A DNA stretch of 64,000 nucleotides. It comes from the human T2T-CHM13v2.0 reference genome, Homo sapiens. Of the stretch, positions 13,541 to 27,088 are shown one piece after another. The first letter of the stretch is position 1. The number at the start of each line of letters is the position of its first letter. The position numbers and the translations under genes are program-made. A model generated the notes under the pieces. That model was not told the origin of the DNA. It searched no databases and saw nothing but the letters and a program-made list of their open reading frames with translations. The DNA lies in the NCBI RefSeq assembly GCF_009914755.1, contig NC_060947.1; one strand, given 5' to 3'.

Positions 13541-15330
13541 TCAATATTTGCAAATCATATATCTGATAAGGAAACTGTATCTAGAATATATAAGAACTCT
13601 TACAACTCAATAATAGAAAGACAAACAACAATTTTAAAATGTACAAATAATTTGAATAGACATTTTCTCAAAGAAGATAAACAAATGGCTAACAAGAACA
13701 TGAAATGATGCTCAGCATCATTAGTCATCAGGGAAAAGAAAATCAAAACCATAGTGATACACCACTTCACATCCATTAGGATAGCTATAACCACAAGATC
13801 AGACAATAACAAGTGTTAGCAGGGGTGTGGAGCAATTGAAAACCCCATATATTTTTGGTGAGAATGTAAAATTGTGCTGCTACTGTGGAAAGCAGGCTGG
13901 CAGTTCCTTAAATAGTTAAACACAGAGTTATAAGATAACCCAATAATTCTACTTCTGGGAATATACCCAAAGCAATTCAAAGCAGGACTCAAACAAATAT
14001 TTGTACACCACTGTTCAGAGCAGCATTATATACAACAAGCAAAAGTTGGAAACAATCCAAGTGTTCATCTACTGATAAATGGATAAAATAATATGGCATG
14101 TTCACACAATGGAATATTATTTGGCCATAAAAGGGAATAAAGTACTGATTCATATTACTTAAAAAAAACTTTTAGTTCAGGGTACCTGTGCAGGTTTGTT
14201 ATGTAGGAAAATTACATGTCACATGGGTTTAATGTACAGATTATTTCATTGCCAGGTAATAAGTATGGTACTTCATAGGTAGTTTTCCAATTCTCACCCT
14301 CCTCGCACTCTATCTTCAAGGAGGCCCTGGTGTCTGCTGTTCCCTTTTTTGTATCCACATGCACTCACTGTTTAGCTCTCACTTGTAAGTGAGAACATGA
14401 GGTATTTGGTTTTCTGTTCCTGCATTAGTTCACTTAGTGTAATGGCCTCCAGCTCCATCCATGTTGCTGCAAAGGATATGACCTCATTCTTTTTTATAGC
14501 TGCATAGTATTCCATGGTGTATATGTGCCAAGTTTTCTTTATCCAATCCACTGTTGATGGGCATTTATGTTGATTCCATGTCTTTGCTATTGTGAATAGT
14601 GCTGTGATTAACATAATGTATGCATGTGTCTTTATGGTAGAATAATTTATAACCTGCTCGGTATATACCCAGTAATGGGATCGTTGGGTCGAATGATAGT
14701 TCTGTTGTAAGTACTTTGAAAAATATCCAAACTGCTATCTAGTTTTCTGCTATCCAGAAATTTCCAACTGCTACTTACAGTGTCTGAATTAATTTACATT
14801 CCCACCAGTAGTGTGTAAGCATTTCCTTTTCTCTGCAACCTTGCCAGCATCTGTTATCTTTTTGAATTTTTAATAATAGCCATTCTGACCAGTATGAGAT
14901 GTTATCTCATTGTGATTTTTGACTTGCATTTCTCCAATGATCAGTGATGTTGAACACTTTTTCATATGCTTCTTGGCCACATGTACGTCTTCTTTTGAAA
15001 AATGCTACAACATGGATAAACCTTGAAAACATTGTGCTAAGTTAAAAGCCAGACACAAAAGACCACATATTCTATCTCTATGAAATGTCCAAAACAGGCA
15101 AATTTATAGAGAGAAAGTAAATTAATGGTTGCTAAGGCTTAGGGAAGTGGGCGGGTAATTATGGGGTGATAGCTAAAGAGTATGGAGTTCATTTTTGAGG
15201 TAATGAAAATATTCCAAAACTGATTGTGATGATTGCTGAACAATTCTGTGAATCTACTAAAAACCATTACAATTAACGGGTGAATTATATGGTATGTGAA
15301 TTACATCTCAACAAAATTGTTACAAAGAAA
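13541..15330 (+). mobile_element. L1MB (7/8-like) 3' portion, split by an L1PA insertion
   Basis: atatttgcaaatcatatatctgataagg...aagtactgattcat // atgctacaacatggataaaccttgaaaac...gaattacatctcaacaaa. Confidence 0.85.
14160..15001 (-). mobile_element. L1PA13-16-like 3' fragment
   Basis: reverse ORF2 C-terminus (ORF 14372..14614: [22 protein letters not shown]) plus 3' UTR. Confidence 0.9.
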
Positions 15331-15509
15331 ATATTGCTGGCCATGTTCTTTGTGCCTTGTGCTGTATCAGGTGCTGGGGACAGGGGTGCAGATATAACCA
15401 AGAGTCAGAAGCCCCCAAGAAGCTTATGATTTAAGGGGGCAAATAGGAAAGAAAGCAACTATCAAGATAGGGTAAAAAAAAAAGATGCTATGCTTGAAAA
15501 CCCAAATAC

Positions 15510-15939
15510 CTGCTCAGCTTCCTTTGGAGCTCAAGGTGGCCACATGACAGTGACATAATTATGGCTAATGATACATAAACAAAAGACTGCTAAGGGGCTT
15601 CTAGCAGAGTTTTTCTTTCCTGAAGAAAAGATACAGGCATTGCTAATGCTTTCTGCTTTTCCCTAGTTCCTGCCTTGAATGCAGACATGATACCTGGGGC
15701 TCTAATAACCATCTTGCAGCTGAATTACTGGCAACAATGAAGGTGAGAAGCCAACACATTAAGGGTGGGTGGCAGTGCGGAGACTGTAAGATGGTCTGGT
15801 CTCTTGATGGCCACAATGAATGAATGCCAGCAACCACCTACCTCCGGACTTATGTAAGAAAAATAGCCTTCTATTTGTATGAGTCATTGCTGCTGGACGT
15901 TCTGTTACCTGAAGCCAGAAAGTGTTCTCCACTGATACA
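15510..15939 (+). mobile_element. MLT1J-like LTR
   Basis: ttcctgccttgaatgcagacatgatacctgg; cctacctccggactt; ttctgttacctgaagcc...ctgataca end. Confidence 0.75.
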
Positions 15940-16049
15940 GAGTGTATGAAGAAACTTTATAAGCCAAAAAATTATTTAAAAAAATAAAGAATGATTTCTA
16001 GAAAAGGAGAAATATATGACTTGAGTTACATTTTGATAGCAGGCTAAAA

Positions 16050-16830
16050 AATAAATTGGCGAGTTGTAGTAGGGAATGTTAGTGAGGTGGTGGTGACAAG
16101 AATGAAGACAATAAACAATGGAAGTGCAGTGGCAGCGAGGATGGGGACAAAAGGACAGATGCCAGAGAGAACATGGAGGGGTAACTGATAGGACCAGACA
16201 ACTGATCGGACATCAGAAGGGGTGCAGAAATGGGAGGGTTTGAAAATGCTTTGAAAGATTTTAGCCCTGGTGACCGAAGGGATGGTGGAACTGTAAACCT
16301 ACATTCCTAATAAGGGAATGAGTATAACTTTAAAGAGAACGATAATTAGTTCACTTTTGGACATATTGACTTTGAATTGCCTGCAACACACTTAAGAGAG
16401 GTCCTGTAGGCAGTTGAAAATCTGGGAATTAAAGAACAGATGGAGATATGCATTTGGATGTCTTCAGTGTGCAAGTGGCAGCTAAAGCCATAGATGTGGG
16501 TGGTATCACTCATGAGGAGTAGGGATGGTATAGAAGAAAATGGCAAGAGATGGAAACTTCTGTGTGTAGGGGATGTCTACGTTTAAGTATTAGGTGAAAA
16601 TGAGGAGTCAGTAGAGAAGAGACTAAAAAGAAACTTTCTATGATTTTAAAATGTTTATTGAGTGCCTGCTATGTGCTAGACACTGGGCTCAAGACTGAGT
16701 AGTCAGAAAAGCAGGAAGAGACCCAGAAATATGTGAAGCTGTGGAGGACGTGGAGCAGGAATGGCCCTGGTCAACAGTGTCAAATGCTGAAGAAAAGTCA
16801 AGTGGGATGAGAAATGAGGAACTCCTTTCC
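16050..16830 (-). mobile_element. L2 fragment(s)
   Basis: agttcacttttggacatattgactttga; ggtcaacagtgtcaaatgctg. Confidence 0.75.
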
Positions 16831-17819
16831 TCGGCCACATTCATCTGAATTCCTTTAACGGGAGTTTATTGTTAACTGTAATAGCCTGTCTGGAAGACAA
16901 ATGCTAAATTAATTTGGGAACTGACTTCTAAAACTCTCAAGTGGCCTAAATCATTTAAAAGAGGTTCAGATTCTATTATGTGAGATTGAATTGGTTTCTG
17001 TAGGTGGTTGTGCAACATTCTCCCCTAGAGATCTGTATGTCACATATGGTTTCTGTCCAGTTCCTCCTAGGAGCAAGAATAGTGGTGATGTGAGAGCAGA
17101 GCAACTTCATCAAATCGCTCTGATGCCTTATTCTGTGAATGTAAATTGGAGCTCCTTGCTTTGAACTCTAATAGACCTTAGTGCCTATGCTGTGCAATAT
17201 ACACTTGATTAATATGATCTTTTCCTTACTTGTGTCATGGGTGTTAGGCTTGCCTCTCTAAATACACTGAAAGTCCCTTAAGGGTAGAGATTATGTCTTT
17301 TGGTTCTCTCCCATTTCCTACAGGGCTGGACAGAATAGGCATTAAATAAATGTTTGATTATGTCATAGGACTATAGTCAAAGTGGTTTTATAGAATGCCA
17401 ATGTGCATTTTATAAAATGTACATTTTTAAAAATTAATGTTATTTTAAATCCCAATATAAAAAAAATCTAGCTATATAATTTTATTGATACAGGGTATAG
17501 TTTGGAAGAGTATAAAGAAAGTGCATGAGTGAACTAGCTGGCATGGATTGCATCTTGGGCTGGACGAGTAAGCAAAAAAGAAAGAGATCTGGCTTGAATG
17601 AAACTCAGTATCACTTGGCAGCAATCTCCCAGCTCTCTGTGGGGAAGCCTGGATTAATGCCAACAGGATGAAGGGTATTTCAGGAATCCACTGCAATGTT
17701 TAAAGATCTGTGCTTGGGATCTTTATGGGCCCAGTCAACAACAACAGGTGCATTAGAACTTTTTTTATAAGTTAATTCACTAAACGTTTATTGAGCTTAT
17801 ATTACAAGCAGGTACATGT

Positions 17820-18540
17820 ATCCAGCCATTAAATATTGCAGCTCCTCCAGTGTTCAATCCTTGGATATTCGCCTTTTCTTACTCTACACTTTCTCCTTAG
17901 GTGATTTCATTTTCAGCCTCTGCTTCAACTACCACCACCCATAGGCAGATGACTCACATGTTTGTATCTTCAGATTGGAACTCTTCTCTGAGATCCAGAC
18001 CTATACATCTAGCTGCCAGCTTGATAGCTCCTGTTGGATGGCTCCCAGAAATTACAAATGAAACAGCTCTTAAAAAGAACTCATGCTCTTCTTTCTTTCC
18101 ACCATCGCCTTCAACCAAGCCTGGCCTTCTTCCAGTGTTCTCCATCTCAGCCGATGACACTTTCATCTATCTTGTTCCATTAGCCAGAAACGTGGCACTC
18201 ATCTTTGACACATCCCACTTCTTCACCCTCATATCTAGTCTCTTAGGAAGTCCCTACCATCACTTCCACCTGCAAAATATAGCCATATCTGCACACTTCT
18301 CCCTATTGCCACTGCCACAACTCTAGTCTCAGACAAAATCAGTTCTCACCTGGCTTAGACAATTGCAGCTTTCTTAATTGGCCTCTTTACTCCCATTTTT
18401 TCTCTCCTTCTAGTTTGATCTCCACCCCATAGGAAGAGTGATTGCTCTGATATACACATCACATCATGGCACCCTATTGCATGAAATTCTTCAATGACAT
18501 ACATATCCTTTTTCTTAGAATAAAGAATAAGATAGCTTAT
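17820..18540 (+). mobile_element. L2 fragment
   Basis: tctactctacactttctccttaggtgatttcatt...gcagatgactcaca; cttagaataaag. Confidence 0.8.
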
Positions 18541-18879
18541 AAAGTCTGGAATGATTCCCTAAGTTTCTAACTTGGACCTTCATTTAAGGCATAGTTTTGC
18601 AAGTGAACACAAATAGAATTTTGAAAGCAAACTTACAAATCTTTAGAATTACAATATATTTGGAAATTAGAGTGCTAATTTTCCCGATAATTTAAACTTG
18701 CTCCTTTAACCACTATATTCCATATTTATGTCTTTACTACACTGAACAAAAGTTAACCTTTTTATGATGATTTGGTGATTCTGGCTTCTCTCTTCCTGCT
18801 AACTTTACTTGTCAGTGTGTCAGCCTCAAGCATCCCCCTTCTTGTCTCCTTTTAAATGTATTTTTGAATGAAGTGTATA

Positions 18880-19235
18880 TATATGTGAGTCTGCTTACAT
18901 AATTGTGGAGGTTGACTGGGAAAGTCTGAAATTTGTAGGGTAAGCCATCAGGAGGAGCAGACTAAACATTCTGGGGCAGAAACTGCCCCTGTGGTCAATA
19001 GACAGAATTTCTTCTTCCTCAGAGAAACCTTAGTTTTGCTATTAAGGCTTCTTCAGCTGATTGGATATGACCCACCCACATGATCAAAGATAGTGTCCTT
19101 TACTTAAAGTCAAATGACTGTAGATGTTAATCACATCTACAATAGACCTTCACAGAAACAGCTAGATTAGTGTTTTATGGAATAAAAATAGGAATGGTAG
19201 CCTAGCCATGTTGACACATAAAACTGACCATCACA
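18880..19235 (-). mobile_element. MLT2 (D/E-like) ERVL LTR
   Basis: ctgattggatatgacccacccaca; ctagccatgttgacacataaaactgaccatcaca terminus. Confidence 0.85.
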
Positions 19236-20802
19236 ATTGAGAAGTCGATATTTATAGTTGATACACATTCTCATCCACAGGCTGGAAAGAAGCTTTAGAT
19301 GGCTATGGCACTCAATGCTCATAGGCTTTCTCATTTCTTTCTGGGTTATACAGCCATGTTCCAGCAGTTAAAGCTGCTGGAAGCCTAATCTCCAGATATC
19401 TGAAGTGGTTCTATATGATACTTGGAATTCACATATTATATTTAATTTTGAAACAAAAGTAATGAATTATTTGACAAATACAATTCTAAATGTGTAGATG
19501 ATATGAAAAGGGCTGAAGGTCCTCAATTTAGATGGGGCCTAAAATATACAACAAAGAATGCTTAGGACAAAAGGGACAAGAACAGGATATCCAGAAGAGA
19601 GGAGAAAATGCTGGAATTGGACTAAGGAGAACCTTAATACCAGGATGGGGTTACAGTGTTTATAGGAAATCTTATGAGAAGTAATCCATCTTTTGAGTTT
19701 TAGGTATTTATACATATCATCATGAAGAAAGCACCCTACATGAATCTATGAATTTAGGCATGATGACATGAAATTACAGAAATATTAATAATAATAATAA
19801 TCACCAAGCACTGTGATAAATGCTTTGGATAAGGATTATCTCATTTCTTTCTCTGACAAGATTTTGTAAAGGTAAGAGTAAACATTATACCATGATCCCG
19901 AGGCCAGAATCCCTTCTTAAGTTCTACTGTAGATGGAAAGGAGGCCTCAGCTGAATAGGCAAAAGTTACTAACATATAATTAAATTAACGATATGTTGAT
20001 GTTTGTTTGGAAAATACAATATGGTCTAAAAATGTATGAGCTTCTTGCTACCAGTAAAACTGATGACTAAATTGTGTTAGGAAGACGTTTTGTTGGGGAT
20101 AATGGTATGTGTTGGTGGGGAGATAGTAGAGAAGGGAAGAAAATATAGTAAATTTGAGGCATGTATCTCTAAGCATCTCAGAAAAGATGAGACCTTAAAG
20201 GTAAACAGTGCTGTATTCCGACAGCACAAGAAGCCTAATCCAGAGGCACCTCTGAGTCAGGCTTTGGGTTGCTGGGACTGAGGGATGAATGTGGAGTTCA
20301 GATTTAAAGGCTCTTGCTTCCCCAATGCCCAAGGGAAATGGTATTGGCCTATAACTGGGAGCAAGGATGGACTAGAAAGTGAAACAAGGGGAGATGATTT
20401 CGAGTCAAATCTAAAATTTACATAGCTTACATGTAGTTTGTGCTTCAGGATTTCCTCAGACAGTCCAGCCCCCGTTTTCAAGCTCCCAAATCATAAATAT
20501 TTCTTCCAGTTTCTCCTATGATGCTACAACCTGTGAGTCTCCTTTCCTTCCTATGCCGTTTGGCATCCCTCTTCCTCATTGGCCATCCATCGGTAGCATA
20601 GATGATTGACCTATACACTCATCTCCAGGCCCCATAAACATTGCCTTTTTTCCCCTCCCTCTCTATAGGAAGAAAAGCAGCATTGTTCTCCTGACTTTCC
20701 CTTCCTCTAAATTTCCCCCTTTGTGGTCAACATCTTCATTTCAGTTCTTTTCCATCCTAGGTTCCAAGGAATGTGGCTCCATCTTTGGGGATGAAGTTGC
20801 AG

Positions 20803-20990
20803 GATGTGGTGGAAATAGCACTCGACTTTGACTGAGACTCTCTTGGATTTGTGTCCTAGCTCAATCTCTCTGAGTTCTGGTTTCCTTGTCTGTAAAATGT
20901 GAATAGTAATACCTGCCTGACCTACCTCAAAGTGTTTTTGAGAGTAGCAAAATCAAGCCGAGTTAATGGAGAAGAAAAGACTTTGTCAAC
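20803..20990 (+). mobile_element. MIR
   Basis: tttccttgtctgtaaaatgtgaatagtaatacctgcc core. Confidence 0.75.
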
Positions 20991-21669
20991 TCTAAACACA
21001 TATATTCCCAGATCCTAAGTGGAGAAAGAAAAACACAGAGCCCAAGACAAAGACACACCGAGAAACCCAGAAACTAGGAGGAAGAGAGTAAACATAATGG
21101 ATTAAGAAATTTTGCTTTGAGGCTTGGGACAATTTTTTTTGTTGTTTCTGAGTGAAAGCAATGTTCTTTTGTGAGCTGAAAAAAATCCTGATCAAGGCTC
21201 AGTAAGAGCAGTGCCAGTGATGCATCTGTATCCATAAGCTTTGAAGTAAAATTAGACATTAAAAAAAAACCCAAGACTGCCCTCGATCTCTAAAGGCCTG
21301 GAAAACGACCTAAAGTCACCTTTAGCATCTCCACAGAAGTCTATGTCTACCTGCTTATTTTTCTTAATTAAATCTGATTTACCTTAAGTAGCAGTCTTGA
21401 AGATAAACAAACAACACTTACACAAGTATATACAGCACGTTGTTTACTAGTATTAGAACACCATAAAGAAGTGGTGCATATGTACTTTTAAGGTATTTAA
21501 ATATGCCATTTTGAAATACACTTTTTGTTGTATAATATAAAAGTGGCTCCACGGTCACTTTTGTTTTTCAAAACTCATTTTTCAAAACTTGCAAACCTAA
21601 GGTATTTTGGGCATATTACGGGTTACATAGGGTTTTGTGGGCTATGTCTTCGATCCTAACCAGGGAGAC

Positions 21670-21835
21670 AGCATGTCAGTAATAGAACCTAAATTTAGGA
21701 GTGAGAACACGGGTTAGGTCATACCTCTATCACTTAATTGCTGTGCAACCTTCATTTCTGTGAAGCTCAGTATTCACTTCTATAAAATGGAGATTAGACC
21801 TATCTTTCTGGGTTGTGATAATGATTAGAAATCAT
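21670..21835 (+). mobile_element. MIR fragment
   Basis: gctgtgcaacctt...ctcagtattcacttctataaaatggagat. Confidence 0.7.
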
Positions 21836-22405
21836 ATATATTTAGCTTCCTATTTCTGCCATAACAAATTACCTCAAACTTAGTGTCTAAAAAGAACACA
21901 AATTTATTCTCTTACAATTCTGTGGAAGTCCAACCTGGGCCTCACAGGACTAAAAATCAAGATGTTGACACAGTTGTGTTCCATTTTTGAGGCTTTAAGG
22001 CAAATCTGTTTCTTTGCATTTTTCAGCTTCTGAAGGCTTCTTGCATTCCTTAGCACTTTTCACTGTCTTCAAAGCTAGCAAGGTTGCATCTTTTTGGCCA
22101 TCTTTCATAGCCACATCTCCCTTTGACTTTTTTCTGCCTCCCTCTTCCACTTTTAAGGACCCTCATGATTACACTGGATCTACCTAGATAATCCAGGATA
22201 ATCCCCCCATTTAAAGACCAGTTTATAAGCAACCTTAATTCCATCTGCAACATAATTCCCCCTTTCCATGTAACCTAACATATTCACAGGTTCTGAGGAT
22301 GAGAAGGTAGACATTTTTGCACCTATTTGCAGAGGGAGGGGGCTTCTACAATGACTTGGAAAAGAATGTAGACACCTTTGGAGGGTCATTATTCTGCCCA
22401 CCACC
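21836..22405 (-). mobile_element. MLT1D-like LTR
   Basis: ctgccataacaaattacc..aaacttagtg; gataatccaggataatc; aaccttaattccatctgcaac; cattattctgcccaccac. Confidence 0.85.
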
Positions 22406-22429
22406 ACCCCTCTATACACACATACACTA

Positions 22430-22686
22430 AACTTTTTAAAATTTTTGAACAATTTTCAATTTGGAGAAAATCTGTGAAGGTAATACAGAGAGCTCCCATA
22501 TGTCCCTTACCCATTTTCTCCTAATGTTGGCATCTTATTACCATGGTACATTTGTCACAATTAAGAAACTAACACTGATATATTACTATTAACCAAACCG
22601 CAGACTTTATTAGGATTTTGTCAGTTTTTCTACTGATGTTGTTTCTGTGTTCCAGGATCCAATCCAGGATACCACATTGTATTTAT
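22430..22686 (-). mobile_element. L1MC1/2-like 3' end
   Basis: catggtacatttgtcacaattaagaaac; ttccaggatccaatccaggataccacattg. Confidence 0.85.
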
Positions 22687-22842
22687 AGAGTTATTACTAT
22701 TAATAGCAATCTTATTACTTCTATGACAAAGTATATTCCTAATTCCAAGCAACTGATTTAATTCATCTTAAAATATCCCATAGAGACAAAATAGAAAAAA
22801 CGTACTTTGTACTTAAACATTCTTTATTCCCCTTTCCTCCCT

Positions 22843-25830
22843 TAAATATATTTATTAAGCACCTACTGTGATACAATTGTTCTTCTAGGCCCTGAGGATA
22901 CAGAAGTGAATGAAAGAGACAAACATCCCTGCCCCCAAGTAGTTACATTTTATTGGGGGGAAAAGAATGGGGTTGTGAAGGGAACCGACAATAAACAAGA
23001 CAAGTAAGTTGAATATACAGTTTGTATCATGGGGATAAATGAAATGAAGATAAATAAAGCAGTTAAATAAAATAAAGAAAAATAAAACGGAGAGAGACAG
23101 AGAATGCTGGGTGTGTGTGGAGCAATTTAAAATAGTGTAGTCACGGATCCAAAGCCTGAAACAGATGAGGAAGTGAGCCACAGCTATCTGGGGGAAGATC
23201 ACTCTAGGCAGAGAACACAGCTGGGACAAATCCCCTAAGACTCCGTGATAGGTTGGAGAAAGAACAAAGAGGCCAAGGCTGGTGGAACACAGTGAATGAA
23301 GTTAGAGAGGTAATGAAAGGTGGTGTCCAATTATATAGAGCCTTACAAGTCACTGCAATGACTTTGGTTTTGACTTGACGCAGATGGGAAGTTATTGGAA
23401 AGTTTTGAGCAGAAGTGTGACATGATCTTATTTTGCATTTTAAGAAAATCAATTCTGGATGCTTTGTTCAAAATAAACAGTAATGGGGCAAGTGTTTCAG
23501 GGAAACCTGTTGGGAGGCTATTGCAATAATCCAGGCAAAAGATGATAGTGGTGTCAACTAAGGTGGTAGTAGGGAAGGCAGTGGGAAGGGGTTAGATTCT
23601 AGTTGTATTTTGGAAGAAACTTAACAGAACTCACTGATAAATTAGCTGTGAAGTATGTAAGAGAGAAAGGTATCAAAAGTTATATCAAGGTTTTGGGCCT
23701 GAGTAACCAGAAGGATGGAGATGCCACTTACTGACATGGTGAGACCACAGGAGGAACAGGTTTTAACAGTGGGCATGGGTAGAGGAGCTATACCATAAGA
23801 TGGGTTTTGTACATGTCAATCTTGACATGTCAAATATATATGCCAGTTGACCTCTAAAGTAGGCAGTTGGATATATGAGTGTGAAGTTCAGGGAAGGGAT
23901 CTGGGCTGGACATATAACCTTAGGAGTTGTCTGTGGTATTTAAAAGCCACAAGACTGGATGAGATCACTAAGTAAGTGGATGTAGAGAGAGAATAAAGGA
24001 CCCAGAACTGAGCCCCAGGGAATTAAAATATATTAAAAGATGAGGGAGGTGAGGATGAAGAAGCAGTGGATACTGATTAGAAGATGAGGGAGGTGAGGAT
24101 GAAGAAGCAGTGGAGACTGAGAAGGAGAGGCCAGTGAGGTGAAAGAGGACCAGGAGAGAGTGGAATCCTGGAGGCCGATTGAAGCAAGTATTTCCAGAAG
24201 GAAGAAGTGATAATACAGTGTCAAATGCTACTGCTGAGTCAAGTACAATGAAGATTGAGAAGCGACTATTGAATCAGCAAGGTGGAGGTCATTGGTGATC
24301 TTGACAAGGGCAATTTCAGGGAAATGGTGGAGGAGGATGCCTGATTAAGATGAATTTAAGAAAGACTTGGTGGAGAGGAATTGAAGATGATTATGGGCAA
24401 TACCTTTGTGGAGTTTTTTTATAAAAAGAAAGAGAAATGAGTAGTAATTGGAGGGCAATCCAAGATTAAAAGCATAATTTAAAATGGGAGAAATAACAGC
24501 ATGTTTGTATGCAGATGGAATTATCCAGTAAAGATGGAAAAATTGATGATATAGAAGACAGACAAGAGAATTGCTGGAAAACTGTTCTGAAGTTGGTAAA
24601 ATGGGATGGGTTTGAGTGCACAAGTCAAGAATTGGCCTTAGTTAGGGGCACAGACCGCTCATCTATGGTAACAGGAGGGAGGCCAGTGTGTGCACACAGA
24701 TGGAGGTCAGCTGCTGATGGGAGTATGGGCAACAACTTCTCAGCTGATTGCTTCTACTTTCCAGATAAATAAACAAGGTCATCTGATAAGAATGAAGATG
24801 AGAGAGGTGCTGGAGGTTGAGGAAGAAGGTAAGGTACTATTTGTTTAGAAGAGTGAGAGAATAAATGAATTAGTAAATGTAATAAAATTACTGAATACCA
24901 TTAAGGGACCAATTGAGGATAGTGGTCATGAATTTAAAGTGAGACCAGTAGGCACATAGTGTGTTTTCCCCAGGCACATTTAGCTGCACAGGTGCAGGTT
25001 CAGAGGAGGCAGAAAATTTGATTAAAATAGAGTGGAGACGTTGCCAGAGGGGTATGATGAAACAAGGCAAGGGGCAAGGGAGTCATTGGTATACACAAGA
25101 GAGAAATTATAATGATGGGTCATGGAAGCGAAGCTGTGTAATGAAGAAAGTGAAATGAAGAAAGTGAAAAGGTGATAGGCTCAATGAATTAAAGGTCCTG
25201 ATGAGATTGAAGGATTGCTGAAGATAGGGCAGTAGAGGGAGTCAGTGGAAAAATAAGAAGTGGTGGTGGGATAGTGGGATGCATACAATTCAGATAAAGG
25301 AAGGAATGCAGTTACTGGTAATGATCAGGTCTAGGATATGGCCATGGGAGTGAGCAGCTGACGTTGGGGAGTGGGGAACAGACAATGTCGCTCAAGGAAA
25401 AGAGGTCAAGGAACTGAAAGTCCAGGGCACAGGTAGGATTCTCTATGTGTACTATTGAAATCACCAAGAATTAAGGCAGATGTAGTGTTGGAGAAAGTGA
25501 AAGCATGCCAAGAGCTAAAATACTCAGGAGATCAGGGGTCTGTGGATGACTGCAAAAAGGAGGGACTAGTAAGTGGTCTGGTCTGATGGCATGAGATCAA
25601 AACGAGGGTGTTTTAGTGGAGAAAAGAAGAATGGCCTGGAAATGGCAATGGAAAAAAAAGGCCACCTACCCCACTTTCAAATCTAGCAGTATGAGGGTTT
25701 AACAGCCACCACTTAAGAAAGCAACAAGGGAAAGGGTATTGTTCCTAGAGGAGAACTGAATTTCAGTTAGAGCAAGAAAGAGAAAGAAATTTTCAGAGAA
25801 TAGACTAAGATTATAGGGAAAACAGTTTAG
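22843..25830 (-). mobile_element. Long L2 (L2a-like) element, about 3 kb
   Basis: continuous L2 hallmarks from the 3' end (tttattaagcacctactg) through gtgtcaaatgctactg, ggaggtcattggtgatcttgacaag and attgaaatcaccaagaa to tttcagttagagcaag. Confidence 0.85.
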
Positions 25831-27055
25831 GCAAAGAGAAGGGGACATTGATATAAAAATATTGGGTTCTTTGGGTGGTGGCAGGGGAATATTATCTGTG
25901 TGTCTTAGGCTATGCTTCACATCGTACAGTTTTCTTAGAGATTTGAAAAAGGAGAGCTGCAGAGTAACACATAGTCAGTGTGTCTCTAGCAGTGGCCAAG
26001 AGAGGGAACCCTGATCAGCCAACGTAAGTCCTGGGATCTGCGAAGAAGGTCCGTCACTGCAGCAGAGAAGCAGGACTCATCAGACTGCCATAGCTGGGCA
26101 ACTATCCTTTGAAGCCATTTAACAACTCTAGTCCTGATTTCTGCACTCTCCAAACAACCTTTGGACTTTAATTTGGTTTTCCAACTTATCTTTTCTTCTG
26201 GCAGAGAATGTGCTGGCTAGCTGGCAGTTCCATTTCCCAGTGTAAATTAATCAATTGGCTTCCCATTTAATCAGTTGGTCTCCTGTAAATTTGGTTAGCA
26301 TGAGTCAGTCCCCTGAAGCCTGATCACCTCTGCGTGAATGCCATAAAAATTAATTTCTGAATTTGTTAAGCTGAGGACCAGACACTGGCACTCATGATGA
26401 CCCCAGTAATGTAGCCCAGCCTGAAGCAACTGTGTCTGCTTTCCCCACAGATTTACCTTAATTCTATTCTACTAAGAATGTGTCAAAAAGACAGTGAGGC
26501 TTAACCCTTTGCAAATGCCCTGTACTTTAAACAACAAAAAACTGCTGGCATCACATTATTTATTCTTATGCAAATATGATATGAAGCTCAAAGGAACAAT
26601 GTGCTTTGGCAACTATTTTGGTGAAGTTCCCATGCCTTTTCCTCATTTCCTCAAGAACACTGGCTAGGGCAGCAAGATGTCTTGCTGGCTTAACTTCAGA
26701 GAAGTAAAGCCCAGGCAGATAAGATAATCAGTGCAGTGATGGATTAGAATTCTCAGTCCACAAATGTCTAGATCCACGTTCTGAAAAGAAGTGTTCCTGG
26801 TTTGAAACAGAACGTGAGAACTAGCTAAGTCCCACCAATTGTTATAATCCGCATTAATGAATATTTTGATCCTTTGGGGCCTAATGTCCAGAGTACTGTG
26901 ATTAAGACATCTTGGCTTCTTTCCTTGTAAACAGACTGGCTTTATTCATTATCTGAAGCATCAAAATTCAAAAAGTTAACAGACTCAGACACTTCAATTT
27001 CTCATAGTAATAAGGAAAGATGGTTATCTTTTTCTTTTAACTCCCCCCTCCCCTT

Positions 27056-27088
27056 GTGTGTGTGTGTATGTGTATGTGTGTGTGTGTA
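27056..27088. repeat. Imperfect (TG)n
   Basis: tgtg/tatg run. Confidence 0.9.

Noticed and set aside
14372-14614. ORFs similar to L1 ORF2 (also 45202..45522)
   Set aside because: C-terminal fragments of 5'-truncated L1 copies with no promoter or RT.
17901-18326. 141-aa ORF (also 62787..63182, 131 aa)
   Set aside because: Both lie inside pyrimidine-rich L2 sequence, have Ser/Leu/Pro/Phe-biased composition and start at GTG.
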